DNA of 63,695 nucleotides, filler included, from Squatina squatina (GCA_031763465.1; 4 parts of 4 records of this genome joined end to end with filler, not necessarily neighbours in it), one strand, 5' to 3'; positions 26,395 through 40,745 are shown, counted from the first letter of the whole stretch. The notes: generated by a model from the sequence alone, not told the origin. Program-made: numbers and translations.

Positions 26395-29300
26395 TGCTGC
26401 CTTTCAGAAAAAAGCTTAGAAAAATGTTTTTGTCACAATACTAACACATTTAAGTGGCACAGTGAACCATTGTCATTGGAGTTCCATCACTGCATAAAAA
26501 TGTGTGTAAGTAAACAACAATAAATTGGTCAACAACTTTCTCATTTAACTCAAAACCAGTTACCTACGGTAATTACAAATAAACACACATACNNNNNNNN
26601 NNNNNNNNNNNNNNNNNNNNNNNNNNNNNNNNNNNNNNNNNNNNNNNNNNNNNNNNNNNNNNNNNNNNNNNNNNNNNNNNNNNNNNNNNNNNCGGAAAAT
26701 ATACCTTAATATTCTTAGAATAAGCCAAAATTGAATAAACTTTCTATTTTGTATTGTGCCATTGAAATGCTCTTTCCGTATTTAAAGGGTCAAAAGCAGG
26801 AAATTCATTCTCTGACTGTGTTGTGCGTATGGGGTCATGTTGATGGTAAACTGCTCGAGGGTATATTCTAAGAATGGTGTATGATGCTGCATAGAGTAGC
26901 TAATCAGATATTAATGAGTATGTGTACTTGTTACTGTCACTGATTATAATGAAAACTCCTCCTCTAATTGTCAGGGCTGGTGAGTAGGTGGTTTGAAAAT
27001 CAACTGTTCTTAGTTTGATATGCTGATCTTGTATGGATGTTGTGATGCTGTTCCTCCTTCTTTGATTTGGTTTTGTGATCAAGTGCAAATATTTTTCCAC
27101 CTCAACGATGCTGAATAACTGCTATGAGAAATGTCAGCATGTGGATTAATGTATTTCATTTAAAAGCTGTTCAGAAACTGCAGCATTTTTAAAGGTTCAA
27201 ATGGTGTTCTTGACCCTGCTACCCCACCAGCACTTTAATGTTGACATCTGATTCATAGAGCCCCATTATCACTGTGTCAACATGTTTCCATTTTAAAACT
27301 GTATGTGACTCGCAACCCTCCTCCCCAGTTTTCCATAGTGTATCTTCTCCTTAATGAAGAACAAACTACCCTTAAGAAGTTTAATGCAATGTTAGTGTAT
27401 ATGGGTTTACATACACGGATATAAATGTTCACTATTTCAATAGAATTTATAGCCTGGGATTTTACCAATGACCGTGGAGAGATATTTCCTATGTGCACTG
27501 TATATAATGAAATCATAAGGCCGTTCTTTATGAACTGTTTTTTGATTGTATTCCACATGGAGGAAATCCTCCCCCATATTAATATAGTCACAATAAATAT
27601 CTCAGTATGCCCTTGTTGAAAAAGCACATATTCAGAAAGGTATATATATATGACAGATGCCCTGACACCAAAGTTAGAGTGCAACGAGCAGAATGCTTAC
27701 CAACTGCCTAGGAACTCCTGTAATTTTCTAGGTTCGGCCCCAATTAATTACTCATGACAAGCTCCCAGAATCTATTGGGCCTAAAACTGGGAACTCCACT
27801 AAAGAGGGGAAGTGGAACTGCAAGCGATAGTTAAAATAACAAAAAATTTAAANNNNNNNNNNNNNNNNNNNNNNNNNNNNNNNNNNNNNNNNNNNNNNNN
27901 NNNNNNNNNNNNNNNNNNNNNNNNNNNNNNNNNNNNNNNNNNNNNNNNNNNNAATTCGGTGAATATATTTGGTCAACTTCAGCCTTGGTCTTAATTTATC
28001 ATCATCAACAATACAAAATGTAAATTGACTTTGACCCAGCAAGCTAGCTCTGGTATGAGAGGCTGCAGGAGGTGAGAGTTCAAATCGAACACTAACAAAA
28101 TAGGAGATATTTTTCTGTGGTGCTGAGGGCAATCTTTAGCACAGGGAGTCCAGCATTGAGATTGATTCATACCCTGGGGAGCAAAGTGGAAACCCCTTTT
28201 TCCGTCTTTCAATACTGCCATTCTTGTACTTAATAATGCATCCAATTTTATTTTCTCTGTTCCATTTCTGATTGAACAAGATCTCAGTGAAATAAATGAA
28301 GTCCTGGTAGACCACTTGAAGTTGGCGTAGAATTCTGAAACCATACAAAGGTAATCCCTTAGTGTTAGGCAAAGCTGATTGTGGATGCTTAAGACTTAGG
28401 CTGCTAAAAGTAAAGTCTATGCCACTTATCAGGAAAGACTGGCAGAAGAATTCAAATTGTGAGACGAGGTTAGATTTATGTGAGGTATAATTTGCCATGC
28501 CAACATGTGAGAAGAGAGTGGCTGTAAATGGCTGAAATAAATCCTTATTCAGACAGAGTAGGTCACCTACTCTGGAGACAGAATCACCAAAGCATTACGG
28601 TCAATGGAAGAATCCNNNNNNNNNNGAATTCTAGTTTTTTTACAGCAGGGTTGGAGAAACTAGTATTGAAATGGGTGATGTGTCAGCTGGCTGATATTTA
28701 AGAACATTTACTGGTGATTTAACATCTGTGAATCGGTCTCAGACCCCTCAAATCTAGGCTATTCGTAGCCCCTGTTGTCATTCTTCTAGCAAAGAAATCA
28801 GGTTAAGGGATTCAAAAGTCTGAAGAAAAGCTGTGCCCTTATTTACACGGCAAAAACATGGGACTGTGGTAGAGTTAAACTACGTCATAAAGAAGTAAAT
28901 TAATGATTGGTATTCACATGGACTTAAACCACCTGGGGGAGTAAGTAATATATATAGTCAAATGAGTCCATAATTTATCTTGGCAGCCACACAAAATCAA
29001 AGCGTTTTAATGACTTTGCTTAAAATTCACATTCGATCATATATTCCAACCAAACAGGAGAGCTGGCCATCAGTACACATCCTGCCTAGAGCGGGTGAGA
29101 AGATCGGCTGCCGGCAGGGGAAAATCTAGGAGCTCTTGGCCTCCCCCCACCATCACCAGATTGCAGGTAAAGAGGGACCAGGGGTATCAGGAGGGTGTTG
29201 CTGGAGGGAAGGGTGGGGGAAGTGGATATCCAGAGCAGGGGAGGTTGTGACTTTCCATGGGCCTGGAAGAGCACTCCTGTTCCTCCTGNNNNNNNNNNNN

Positions 29301-32300
29301 NNNNNNNNNNNNNNNNNNNNNNNNNNNNNNNNNNNNNNNNNNNNNNNNNNNNNNNNNNNNNNNNNNNNNNNNNNNNNNNNNNNNNNNNNNNNNNNNNNNN
29401 NNNNNNNNNNNNNNNNNNNNNNNNNNNNNNNNNNNNNNNNNNNNNNNNNNNNNNNNNNNNNNNNNNNNNNNNNNNNNNNNNNNNNNNNNNNNNNNNNNNN
29501 NNNNNNNNNNNNNNNNNNNNNNNNNNNNNNNNNNNNNNNNNNNNNNNNNNNNNNNNNNNNNNNNNNNNNNNNNNNNNNNNNNNNNNNNNNNNNNNNNNNN
29601 NNNNNNNNNNNNNNNNNNNNNNNNNNNNNNNNNNNNNNNNNNNNNNNNNNNNNNNNNNNNNNNNNNNNNNNNNNNNNNNNNNNNNNNNNNNNNNNNNNNN
29701 NNNNNNNNNNNNNNNNNNNNNNNNNNNNNNNNNNNNNNNNCTCCAAGATAAGACAACCAAACAGGAAAGCTCAACAGTAGCAAAGGAACAAATACAGCAG
29801 GAGATGGTCGAGAGTTCAAGGAATGGCAGAAAAATGGTGAAAGTCAGTCTGGAATACATGGAAGAGGTGTGTGTTAGAGACAGAGAGAGAAGGAGCTGGG
29901 GAACGTGATAGCTGCTGTTGCTAATGCTCCTGGTTTTCCCTGTGATTGCACATGTGCAGTCAGCAACATATTTCATGATTTTTTTAAAAATAAAAAAGCA
30001 GTTCCTCGAGTTAATTGTCCTTGTTTGTGTATGTTCAGTCCTTCAAACAGATAATGTTCACTGTAACTGAATAACTCACTTTAGAAAATACTTGAACCTT
30101 GCTTAATTGCCCATCATCCATTCCATGCTGGGTACAGACAGGTGCAGCAGTGTAACATTTTAATTTAGATACGTGACTATTTTTGTAAATAGCTGGGAAC
30201 AAAACATAGCCTGCTATTCCCACTGAAGTGTTTTTGACTGAGGGAATGAAACTAGATTATTCCACATAGGAGCATTCTTTACTTGCTTTTATAGGCTTTA
30301 CAAATCACAAGCATTGAAAATAGTGTACAAGAAGAGTTCGGAAACATCGAGGATTAGAGAGGTGTATTAATATAATATTACTCTTATTTAGCCTGCCTAT
30401 AAAATCTTGTCGGTCTCTTAGCCTCCAGCAAAATAGAAGCTTTAGAGCTGTAAGCCTCAAGTACATCCTCAGTCTCTTCCAGAACCCATATTTCTCTCCA
30501 TCTGCGGCTGATATTTTACACAATAAAACTTACTGTCCAGACAAGGACTCTTGTGTATCTCCATCTTTGCAGGTCCGTGTGTAACTTAAATGCACCCTGA
30601 AATTATTCCAAATAACTTTTTCTTACTTGAAAATGGATTATAAAATTTAAAACAAACCAGCTAATGGAAATAGAGGCTTCGGCCCAGAAGACATTTATGT
30701 TTTATGTATATTTATCAGCGAATCTCCCGTGTTGTTGCTTATGCTAGATGGGAGAAAATGGTTGCACCAGCATTGGATATTAACCCTCTTGTGCTTTCGC
30801 CACTAGATTGAATGAATCGTGCAAATTATGATACAANNNNNNNNNNNNNNNNNNNNNNNNNNNNNNNNNNNNNNNNNNNNNNNNNNNNNNNNNNNNNNNN
30901 NNNNNNNNNNNNNNNNNNNNNNNNNNNNNNNNNNNNACATCACTGCCATTTTAACTGATGGCCTGAATGGGACAGCTGCAGTTGCTTTCCCGCTAGATGA
31001 AGATAACTTGAAGAGGAGTCAGGGCCAGAAGAGGTCCTCTGGGGCCCACAAGGAAAGCTTGTTCTGCCACCTATGTGGTGCCAGCCGTGCGATTTTCCAC
31101 TGCTGGATGTGGGCTGGCAGGAATTAAATGAGGCCGGGGAGTTAAAATTGCACGGGGCTTATGTCTGGAGCAGCGGGTAAGTTTTGAGCTCACTTCACTA
31201 TGCACCCGCCCAAAACCCACCCACAGTTAAAATCGGGGCTTTACTGCCTAATTAGAAAATAGCCTATTTAGACCACAATTGAACTATAACCAAAGGCCAG
31301 ATATAGCTTTCCAGAGGTCTTTGCTCTTCTTACAATTCGGTAACTCAAAACCTGAACCAACTAATCAGAGGATGCTCTTTCTTATATGGGCACTGGGAAT
31401 AACAAAGACTGTGAATTAGGACAAAGAAAAGCACGACAGTCCAAACTCAAAATACACAGTTACTAATCACAGCACTCTGTGAATGATTTAGAATAGAGAA
31501 ATTCCTTTTGTTCGGTGACTGTTTAGTATAGCATCACAGGTTTGCAGATTGTTGACCAGTGTCAAACGCCAAAAATTAGATACCAACTTGGTTAGCAACC
31601 AATCTGTCTGCCTTCACACAATAAAATCTAATAACTGACATCCTAATTTTGGGAATTTGTTATCAAGCTGGTCAAAAAAAAAGTTATTTTTCTTTATTGA
31701 GAGAATAGAAAAAAGAATTATTTAAAAAAGAAATCAATGCCAAGACTCGAAACTGAAGTAGCACGCTAGATGATTCTTGAAAACATGTTCAGACATTATA
31801 AAAGCTATGATTGAAATTCAGTATCCAATGAGTTGACGCTAATCTACACAATCCAATCGTTATTTGGAAATTTTGCTGACCTGACACAGATGATAGTCAA
31901 GAGCAGAATATTGAACCAGTTCTTTCATCGTGTATTTTGATGAGCCTTGACTGTTTAAGTGCGGTGGGTTACTTCCCCTTATTTAGCTAACAAACCATTC
32001 GACCATTGGAGTGGGAGAAAAAAAACCATTGATTTATTAATCTGTGGAGAATTAGATAATAAGATACAGATCAATAAAGGTCCTTCTAAAAGTCAGGAAT
32101 TAGTCTGTTCCCAGGGGAGCTGGTAAAATTTGTTAGAAGGGATTATAGGCAAAGAGATTTCATACTCTGAGCAAAGTGTGAGAAGGTTTGAACTGTCAGA
32201 TGAAAGACAGTGGTTGTTTGATTCGACTGACCTCCCATGCAATGCTTCATGACAGCTGATTCACGACTTCGCTGTGCACCATGTGGTCTGTGGTAGCAGG

Positions 32301-32904
32301 AATATGGAAATGAAGCTGGGCTCATGAAAGGAGAATTCCCACATAACCCAGTCAAACCTCAGAGTATCTGAATTGTAGCAGCATGTTTACTGAAATAACC
32401 TTAATACTGAACTCTGCTAAACAGGAGGCAGACACAGTGTGAAAAGTACCTTCAGAACATTTCTCCTACAGCCTCCTGATGTTTTATCTCATTGATTTTG
32501 TTTAAAGCTAGTGATAGTTTAGTGGCACTAAGGTCTGCTTTTGAATTGTAGTTTAGTGACCTGTTTACTGGAAGAGAAACTCTGGGTTTTTTTTTCATTT
32601 CAGTTTAACTCTCTGAGGCATTAGGTTTAAAATAAGGGGACAATTGTGAAGCTGAGTTTCCTTTGCAAGCTGCAGATCCACAAACTTCTAATTCCAAACA
32701 CTGATGCCATGAAGCAAGTATGGAACAATAAAATATCCTAACCTTTGGTGGGGAGGTTAAGTAGATATCACTCTTCAAATAGGTTAAATTTAAAAACAAA
32801 CATATTTCAAGCCAGCCTTGCAATGAAAATTGGCTGAACTTTGAATTCATTATAAAGAAAAGAGATATTTGTGAGTGACTGAGTAATATGGCTGTCACTC
32901 ACTA

Positions 32905-33004
32905 NNNNNNNNNNNNNNNNNNNNNNNNNNNNNNNNNNNNNNNNNNNNTTAATTAATTAANNNNNNNNNNNNNNNNNNNNNNNNNNNNNNNNNNNNNNNN
33001 NNNN
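32905..33004. other. Artificial scaffold spacer N44-TTAATTAATTAA-N44
   Basis: Linker core at 32949-32960. Confidence 0.97.
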
Positions 33005-33043
33005 TGGGAGGAAGCCTGAAAAGTGCCATGTGGGTCTTGGTTG

Positions 33044-33141
33044 GCAACAACATCAAAGATGAACTTGCCTGATTTGTAAAGTCTGGTGGCTGGGAAGACT
33101 CGTTTTTACAAATCTGGCAAGTTTATCTTTGGTGGTGTTGC
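33044..33141. repeat. 37-bp-arm imperfect inverted repeat (hairpin)
   Basis: gcaacaacatcaaagatgaacttgcctgatttgtaaa (33044-33080) versus tttacaaatctggcaagtttatctttggtggtgttgc (33105-33141), 4 mismatches. Confidence 0.9.
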
Positions 33142-33640
33142 TGATTAAGTGAGACCCATGCATCACAAGTCAGTGGCACTAGCTCAATATAAAACTTTTT
33201 TTTCTCTTGCTCTCTGATCACTGCAAGAGTGCCCCAGGGCCTAACTCTCCATCAGCAAACATTTGATTTCATGCTTTACATCTACCTGAACATGGGCAAG
33301 GTTATAAATTTGCTGTACGAAGAAGTGTAGATACAGGCTTTTGCTGATCCATGCATTATGTAACAGAAGTGCAAACTTGGCTGTTTTCTTTCCCCCACCT
33401 CCATCCTACGCCAATCCCTGCCTGATGGGATTATTCCTCTTTTAGCACTGCCCTCAAACTGGATGGATGCTAAGAAGAAAACATCAAGAGGTTCATCCTT
33501 CCATTCCATTCAACGTTGTATAGAAGTCCTAATATAACACAAACATAACCTGTGTTTAAGGAGTCAGCTGCACTTAACTCTCACTGTTTTGTTGTTTGTA
33601 GATATATTTATTGAATATTTCCTTTTTAAATTTTTTTCAG

Positions 33641-33725
33641 GACTGGATCTACAGCCCAGCAGCCAACAACCAAGAAAGCGAGAAGTAATAGTTCCACAAA
33701 CACCATTGATCGATTTTTTAAATAA
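33641..33725 (+). CDS. POLK: DNA polymerase kappa, last coding exon (C-terminal NLS and PIP box)
   Basis: Acceptor tttttttcag; TGSTAQQPTTKKARSNSSTNTIDRFFK* resembles the human end KKIKPNNPKHTLDIFFK*; AATAAA signals follow; neighbours fit POLK-ANKDD1B-POC5 synteny. Confidence 0.82.
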
Positions 33726-34594
33726 ATGAACTTAATAAAACAAATTGTTAATTTTATGTTGCATTGAATTGTCAGAGTTATAAAGCACAATAAACAGTAT
33801 ATTTGTTATAAAGCACTTTTCTTTATATATTTAGTATGTTCTACTCAACTGATTTTTCTTTTATCAACTTGTTAAAGAATTGTTCCATAGATATCTAAGC
33901 CTCATATTTTAGATGCCAAGAGCAAGTTATAACTATTACTGGTAATATCATAAATTGTAAGGACTGAATTTAAATAACTTTAAAATGTGCTAAAAATATA
34001 ACTAACACTTTCATTATAGATTCACAGCAACACGGTCTAGTGGTGCACCATGACAGTGTCAGTAATGATAGCAATTGCAGATTCAAAGTGGTTGCTGTTG
34101 GGAAAACATAAACAATAACAGTGAAAAACCTATGATGGTATCAACACCTTAGCAAAAAGGAATGGCCTATTTAGGTATCATTTTGCTTAGCAACCAGATA
34201 CGTCTNNNNNNNNNNNNNNNNNNNNNNNNNNNNNNNNNNNNNNNNNNNNNNNNNNNNNNNNNNNNNNNNNNNNNNNNNNNNNNNNNNNNNNNNNNNNNNN
34301 NNNNNGTATCAGTGCCTCAGTGCATTATTGGGTGAACCCTGCAGTGAAATGCTGGTTCCTGTATAGTGTGAATACTATAGGAAAAACAAGATATAAATTT
34401 GTAATTAAAGATATGTCGTCATTGAAATTTTTCTTTTAATTTTGAAAATTGAGAACTTTTCTGAGATTTCAACAAAATTTGATGGTAGTTTGGGAGATGA
34501 GGTGAATCACAGTGTTGCTTCATTTTTAAGTATAGTTTTTTTGTTGTAAGATTTAAATGCATTTAAAGTTTGACAGTGTATAATTTCCTTTCAG

Positions 34595-34693
34595 ACCAAT
34601 TTGAGTCCTTTGCACATCGTAGCAGAGAGAGGCGATTATTCCATGGCTTCAATTCTTATCGATGCTGGAATTGCTTGTAATGGTCAAAATAAT
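34595..34693 (+). CDS. ANKDD1B: Ankyrin-repeat exon (99 bp, phase 0), probably ANKDD1B
   Basis: cag|TNLSPLHIVAERGDYSMASILIDAGIACNGQNN|gtaagt, exactly one 33-aa ankyrin unit; name from position between POLK and POC5. Confidence 0.75.
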
Positions 34694-34807
34694 GTAAGTA
34701 CCATAGGCTGTATAAGGGGAAATAAATTATGCGCCAACTCAGAATTTCAAGTCCTGTAATAGTGACACGGTAGCGTGACTTTTCTTTTTCGAATCTCATT
34801 CTTATAG

Positions 34808-34906
34808 AGAAAGGAAACACCCCTACATTTAGCCGTTAAAAACAGACACATCTCAGTCGCACAGCTCCTCGTGGAATCCATGTGCGATGTTAACATTTTA
34901 GATGAG
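34808..34906 (+). CDS. ANKDD1B: Ankyrin-repeat exon (99 bp, phase 0), probably ANKDD1B
   Basis: tag|RKETPLHLAVKNRHISVAQLLVESMCDVNILDE|gtaagt with canonical TPLHLA; name from synteny. Confidence 0.78.
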
Positions 34907-36600
34907 GTAAGTCTCTAAATGCTAATCGTTCTATTTGGATTCAGACAAATAAGAATGTGTGTCAGAGTTATTGGAGAATAGATTAGAGAAGGGCTGATTT
35001 TCCTCTGATTTGGAGGAATGTTCAGCTCCAGGGTGCAAAGCAGAAAAAAGCTTAGTCGAGATTGCTGATTCTGGGTCTTCACCCACTTTGAGTTACCCTG
35101 GATTTCAGGGGGTTTCCTCCAAGAGGGAACAGAATGCCTGGAACAGATGCAAACATTCTAGTCCAATACAAATGAGGTGGGAGAGACCTAGAGTATCTCC
35201 TACCTCATTATCTTCCCTCACTGCTGGGCAGGAACTCATTAGAAAGGGCACTGAGAAGCAGTTGTCAGGCCCTGTGTCCAACATCTCTCGGATTGGAGAA
35301 TCTGAGAAGATTGGGCAACAAGGCCATGGGCTAGCAGGATCATTTCCAGGAATGGGAGCCTGTTGGGTGCTGTTTTCTGNNNNNNNNNNNNNNNNNNNNN
35401 NNNNNNNNNNNNNNNNNNNNNNNNNNNNNNNNNNNNNNNNNNNNNNNNNNNNNNNNNNNNNNNNNNNNNNNNNNNNNNNAATCCAGATATCCTTTACAAA
35501 ATAGGTTTGATACTAGGTGTAATTTACTATGCTGAAGCTACAGAGTAAAATTATTTGTAAAAATGCAGAATGTGTATATGAAAAAATGCCAAAGAACAAT
35601 TTCTGTATTCGTACTGTGGAATAAAATTCATAAAGCAATCAGATGGAGGACACATTTATTGTACTGTAATCAGAAGTTAAAAATTTGCATTACAAAAGTT
35701 TAAAAATATTAATTGTATATACACACTTTTATACAGAAGTCATTTATAATTATACTTTCAAGTCAAACTTTACATTGTGCTCTTAAAATGATCAAAACTC
35801 CCTTCAAACTGTCTGTACAATTCAATAGGAATTATAAATTGCACATAACTAAAACTGGAACTTCAAACCATAAATACATTTGGCAATCAAAATTTTACAC
35901 AAGCAGATTTTAATTATGAAAATGAATACAAAAAGCTGGAATTTTTGGTGACCAGTTGAAAACATGATGTAACACTAAGCTGTGCTAAACCTCATACCAG
36001 AGTGCTGAAATACATGGGATGTGTCANNNNNNNNNNNNNNNNNNNNNNNNNNNNNNNNNNNNNNNNNNNNNNNNNNNNNNNNNNNNNNNNNNNNNNNNNN
36101 NNNNNNNNNNNNNNNNNNNNNNNNNNTGGGACGAAGCACGACTGCTTTTTCAAAGAGCCAGCACAGGCACAATTATTCCAATACAAAATCAAAATCCCGT
36201 TACAGCTTTGACCGTTTCTTAAACTAATCGTACCCATTCAGAGCTATCCCAAAAATTCCCTGTGGTTCATTTCTTTATTTGCCATGAATGCACAGGTGAA
36301 TACTTCTACATTATTATCCAGGATGTTTGACAATACTACAACAATTGGCTCAGCACAGGAGGATTTTATGGAGGTATAACACCTGTATTATAAACCATTC
36401 GGACAGTTAACGGATACAAAAACCACATTTAATCCCTCTGAAATGTGGATCTGTGACACCAATTTGCCTAGGTATAATATTTCTGAGCTTCATCCACACA
36501 GAACAAATCTAATGGAGGAGGATTCATTAACATAGACATCTTCTTTCACTGAATCTGAAGCAATGGCCTTTCCACCCGGTGTTCATTTTTTAAAAATTAC

Positions 36601-36771
36601 CTGTGTAATTGGATGATGTCTTTCCACACATACTGTAGTCATTGGTGGAGCAACTCCCTGACTCGATCCACATTTAACTCCTTTCGGGAATGGGTCAGAT
36701 CGCCCCGTGATGCGTGCCACTATGGTTTTCCCAGCTTTCTGCTGTGCTGAGCTCACACACTTTGTGGTAGG
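36601..36771 (-). CDS. POC5: POC5 centriolar protein, late coding exon
   Basis: tttag|PTTKCVSSAQQKAGKTIVARITGRSD...GVAPPMTTVCVERHHPITQ|gtaa; compare human SAQQKAGRTITARITGR...GVSPPMSSVVVEKHHPVT. 171 bp. Confidence 0.9.
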
Positions 36772-38609
36772 CTAAACATAGTAAGAAAGTCAGTTTCAAA
36801 ATAAAAAGTTACACATCAACTTTATTCAAAAGTACAAACATGCCAAAAAATGATAGTGAAGTAAAGCTAGTATTTCTTTTTCAGAATTGCTAAATTTTGT
36901 TCCATCCTTCCAGACATCACAACTCCTGCTGGGGACAGTTCCAGTGGTGTTCATTGCCACCTTTTGGTACCTTGCCTTCTGGCACAGGCATGATGGGCTG
37001 ACGGCCACCTTGTGTGCTGCATCATTCGATGAAGCAGTCATTCTTTGTGTGAGCCTGGATGGTAAACATTGGCAGACTATTTAACACAAGAGCNNNNNNN
37101 NNNCTGGAATCTTATTGTGTCTGCAGCAGTGCTGCATCTGTCTGTGTCTAAACCATACAATCTCATATCTGTGTCATTGGGATTGTTACTGTAGTATTGA
37201 CATAATTTATGTAGTGCCAAAAATTGGAAAAATAATTATTATGACTGCTTGTTCTGAATGTGGAGTGAGGCATTTATATGCATACACACTCAAATGCATA
37301 CAGTAAGTCTGATTTACTGGTCATTAAGTCATGCAAGCTGCTAAATGGTTTGTCTAGCCACTGTAGATGCCTTTGATCTGGGGGCCAAGACAACAAGCAT
37401 TCTGTTGCTNNNNNNNNNNNNNNNNNNNNNNNNNNNNNNNNNNNNNNNNNNNNNNNNNNNNNNNNNNNNNNNNNNNNNNNNNNNNNNNNNNNNNNNNNNN
37501 NNNNNNNNNCATTGTGTGATTGTGTGGAAGGCAGAAAAGATAAAGAGATTATGCAAGGCAATCAGAGGTGGTGATGGCAACATTATGAAACACTTTACAT
37601 CTAGACAGGGTGTAAACTGGGGGAAAAAACAGCAACAGCCATGAGAGGGAAACAAAAATAAACCTGATTTAAATGATGAAATGATAGGGCAGAGGTTACG
37701 CTCTGAAATTGTTGAAGTCAATGAACTTTCTTTAAAAATCAGAAGTCCGTCTTTTTTTCTTCAAATTTTTTTTTTTACTGTAGATACCGTGGTGCTCCCA
37801 AAATATAAGGATGTACGTACACTCAGCCACCCCACCCCAAACATGGAATATGTTGAACAAATTCCACATTTTTCTTGGTGCATTTCAACTTGCTTTTAAA
37901 GAGGGAAAGTTTTGTATCCAAAATTATAACATGTTCCTTGCCGATTGCCCCTTGCTTTTGCCTTTTTAATGCTCATCTTAGGAGAAATGGAGGTCATTTT
38001 CTTGTGTCTACAAAACAAATATATTAACAAATATTTGCATTTCCATTGGCTAAGTCACAATGACTATGCTGAAGTGTTAAAATAAAAGCAGGACAATGCT
38101 GAGATTTGTATTTTGATTTCACAACACATTAAGCACACTTCTTTCCTTTTCTACTTTCAAACAAAAAGTGGCGGGAGGCAGGGGGCGGGGTTGGTGGTAG
38201 AAAAGGGTGGTGTCAGGGGAGGAAAGAATCCTACTTCTGTTCAAGAATCATTTCCCAACACCGATTTTCATGCAACAGTTTTGCAGCAATCTCCTCAGTT
38301 GTGTATTACTGTGAGGTTGGCTGATGGTTCAGGATTTTGGGTTTGCTTACTCTATTAGCATACACTATTGGCTTCAAAACCATTTCTACAAGGGTTTGCT
38401 GATCAACCCTGTAACTTTGGTGAAGAGCCGAGGATTCTGGAAAAATAGCAAAATGACTGAAAGTTTGGGTGGGAACCCAGGTGGAAATTTACCCCCACCC
38501 CCACAGATGTTTTGCATTATATACATGTGCATTACTGAATCCCAGCTGACAAACTACATTTGCATATTTAGACCAAGAAATCTTTTCCAAGTTGTTCACT
38601 GGTACTTAC

Positions 38610-38789
38610 TGCATCAAGCTTATTCTCGTAGTCCCTGGACAGCTGAATACAGACCTCCTCAGCACGAGCTTGACATGCTTTTTCTACCCTCTCTTTCCAT
38701 TCTGCTTGCATTTCTGATTTCCAAGCCGTACACACTTTCTTCATCAGGGAGAATCTATAATGCTTGTCAGCCAGGGTATTTGCATAATC
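38610..38789 (-). CDS. POC5: POC5 internal exon
   Basis: aag|DYANTLADKHY...WKERVEKACQARAEEVCIQLSRDYENKLDA|gtaagt; ACQARAEEVCIQ matches POC5. 180 bp. Confidence 0.92.
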
Positions 38790-39756
38790 CTTGAACAGAT
38801 GAGCCAGAATTACTACTTAAATTGCAGTTGCAAATGGATAGCAAAAGTACATAGTTTCAGTAAAACTTAAACCATTATAAAATTACATCAAATTTTTCCC
38901 TATTCACCCTATATAACTGACACTACTTTAAATTATGAAAGAGACATGTTTAATGCACGGTCAACCGTAGGTTAGCAGCAGGAAGAGCATGGAAATACAT
39001 CCAAACGANNNNNNNNNNNNNNNNNNNNNNNNNNNNNNNNNNNNNNNNNNNNNNNNNNNNNNNNNNNNNNNNNNNNNNNNNNNNNNNNNNNNNNNNNNNN
39101 NNNNNNNNTACAATGTTCAGTCAGGTCAAACTTGCATACATTTCATGGGGAAACTATTCCTCCACCCCCAACCCATTACCCCTATTATGCTGGTCATTAT
39201 AAGCGCTGGTCACAAATTGTGACCAAGTCACCAGTGCAAACAGCTTTTTATTCATAATGTAACAAGTTCATCATTTCTGACCGACATCACGGACCAAAAA
39301 CTGATATAGCAGGGCAACAGTTCGAAACAGATACTGTTATAGGCATAGGTTATGTAACTCATTGCAAGAAATATCCAGTTATTACATCCTCTGTACATAA
39401 TGGGAAGTTAGAGTTACAGTTCAGATTTATATCACTACGAGGTAGCATTTTTAGTTACACATAACATTCTAATGATCTGGGGTTATGCCATTTCTCACAT
39501 GTAAAAGACTCAAATTCATAAACACTGCACATGTGAGCAAATTCCAAAAGTTATTTTGGATGAATGAAATCTCTCTCCAACAGAGAATTTATGACAGAAA
39601 TATAACTGCCATTTGATTATTTCTGAATACTAGACAGAATTTTTAAACTTGTTTTGGACAGGATTTATTATTTTTTTTATTTTACGGGTCATAAAATGAA
39701 GATTTATCTTTGATGAAATTTTAAAATAAATATTTCCCCCATAGCAGTTACTGTAC

Positions 39757-39933
39757 CTCATCTTTTCTTCGAACTGAATCCTCATATGTACAAACCAGCT
39801 CGTTCAAATTCTGAGTCTGACAGGCCATTTGAGCAACTTCAGCTTCATGTTTTTCTTTTTCATGCCTCAACTCCTGTTTGTACTGCTCAACAACTGAGAG
39901 CCTCCATTGGCGGATTTCAGATAGAATATTGGT
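39757..39933 (-). CDS. POC5: POC5 internal exon
   Basis: aag|TNILSEIRQWRL...RHEKEKH...YEDSVRRKDE|gt; compare human TNIISELSKWRL...RKEKEKH...IGRKDE. 177 bp. Confidence 0.9.
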
Positions 39934-40745
39934 CTTCAAAAAGAAACATCTCATTAGAAATTGATCAATCAAAAAAAATAGGCTTAGTTTATAAGAAGCA
40001 AAATTACACTTACAGGCCATTTTTCAATCTCATTTACTTGTACAAAATACTTACTTAGCAATATACCTGAAATTAAAAGTACTTAATTAACCCATTGCAT
40101 CAATATTGTGATTAGTTACGATAGGGCGATTGCCCTACTCCAAAACTCCCAGCAGATGCAGGATGTTCATTTTGAATCGTTCAAATTCCAGTTGTTCCCA
40201 CTGCACTCCTTTTCATGCAGCTGTTCACGATTTTCTCATGTTTTCCCCATTTAAATGCATAGTGTATATCTTATCAATAAATTTAGAGATATACACACAC
40301 AAACACCTTATTGTTTATTACATTCCAATTAACCAACAAAACCCTTTGAAAACCAAAAATGGTGTAGATTTGTTTTAGAAGCAATTCCCTATCAGCACCT
40401 CTTAAAAAAAAAAAATTACATGGTTTGTTACAAAGAATTACTACGAACCCTCCCTTGTTGAGTTGTTCAAATAGTGAGTGCTACCAATATGGTACTGGAT
40501 TATAGAATATACTGAAATGAACAATGTAAACAAGTTGCAATAACATGCAGTTCAAAAAATGATTACTGAAGGGTCTCTAGTTTAACAATCTGATTTAGTA
40601 ACTCCTTCAATCAGCACTGGGTTGATACATTAAAAGCTATTAACTATTTCTTCTTTTTTAGTCAATCATAATTCTTTCTTAACCAACTGATTATTGTATA
40701 TGGTGTGAATAATGAGACTCTTGCTCTTCAATCAACTTTACTGAC

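Noticed and set aside
27991-28498. Overlapping 117- and 120-aa minus-strand ORFs
   Set aside because: No recognisable domain or exon structure.
35010-35504. 164-aa ORF between ANKDD1B and POC5 exons
   Set aside because: No ankyrin or death-domain motif; partly gap, looks repeat-derived.
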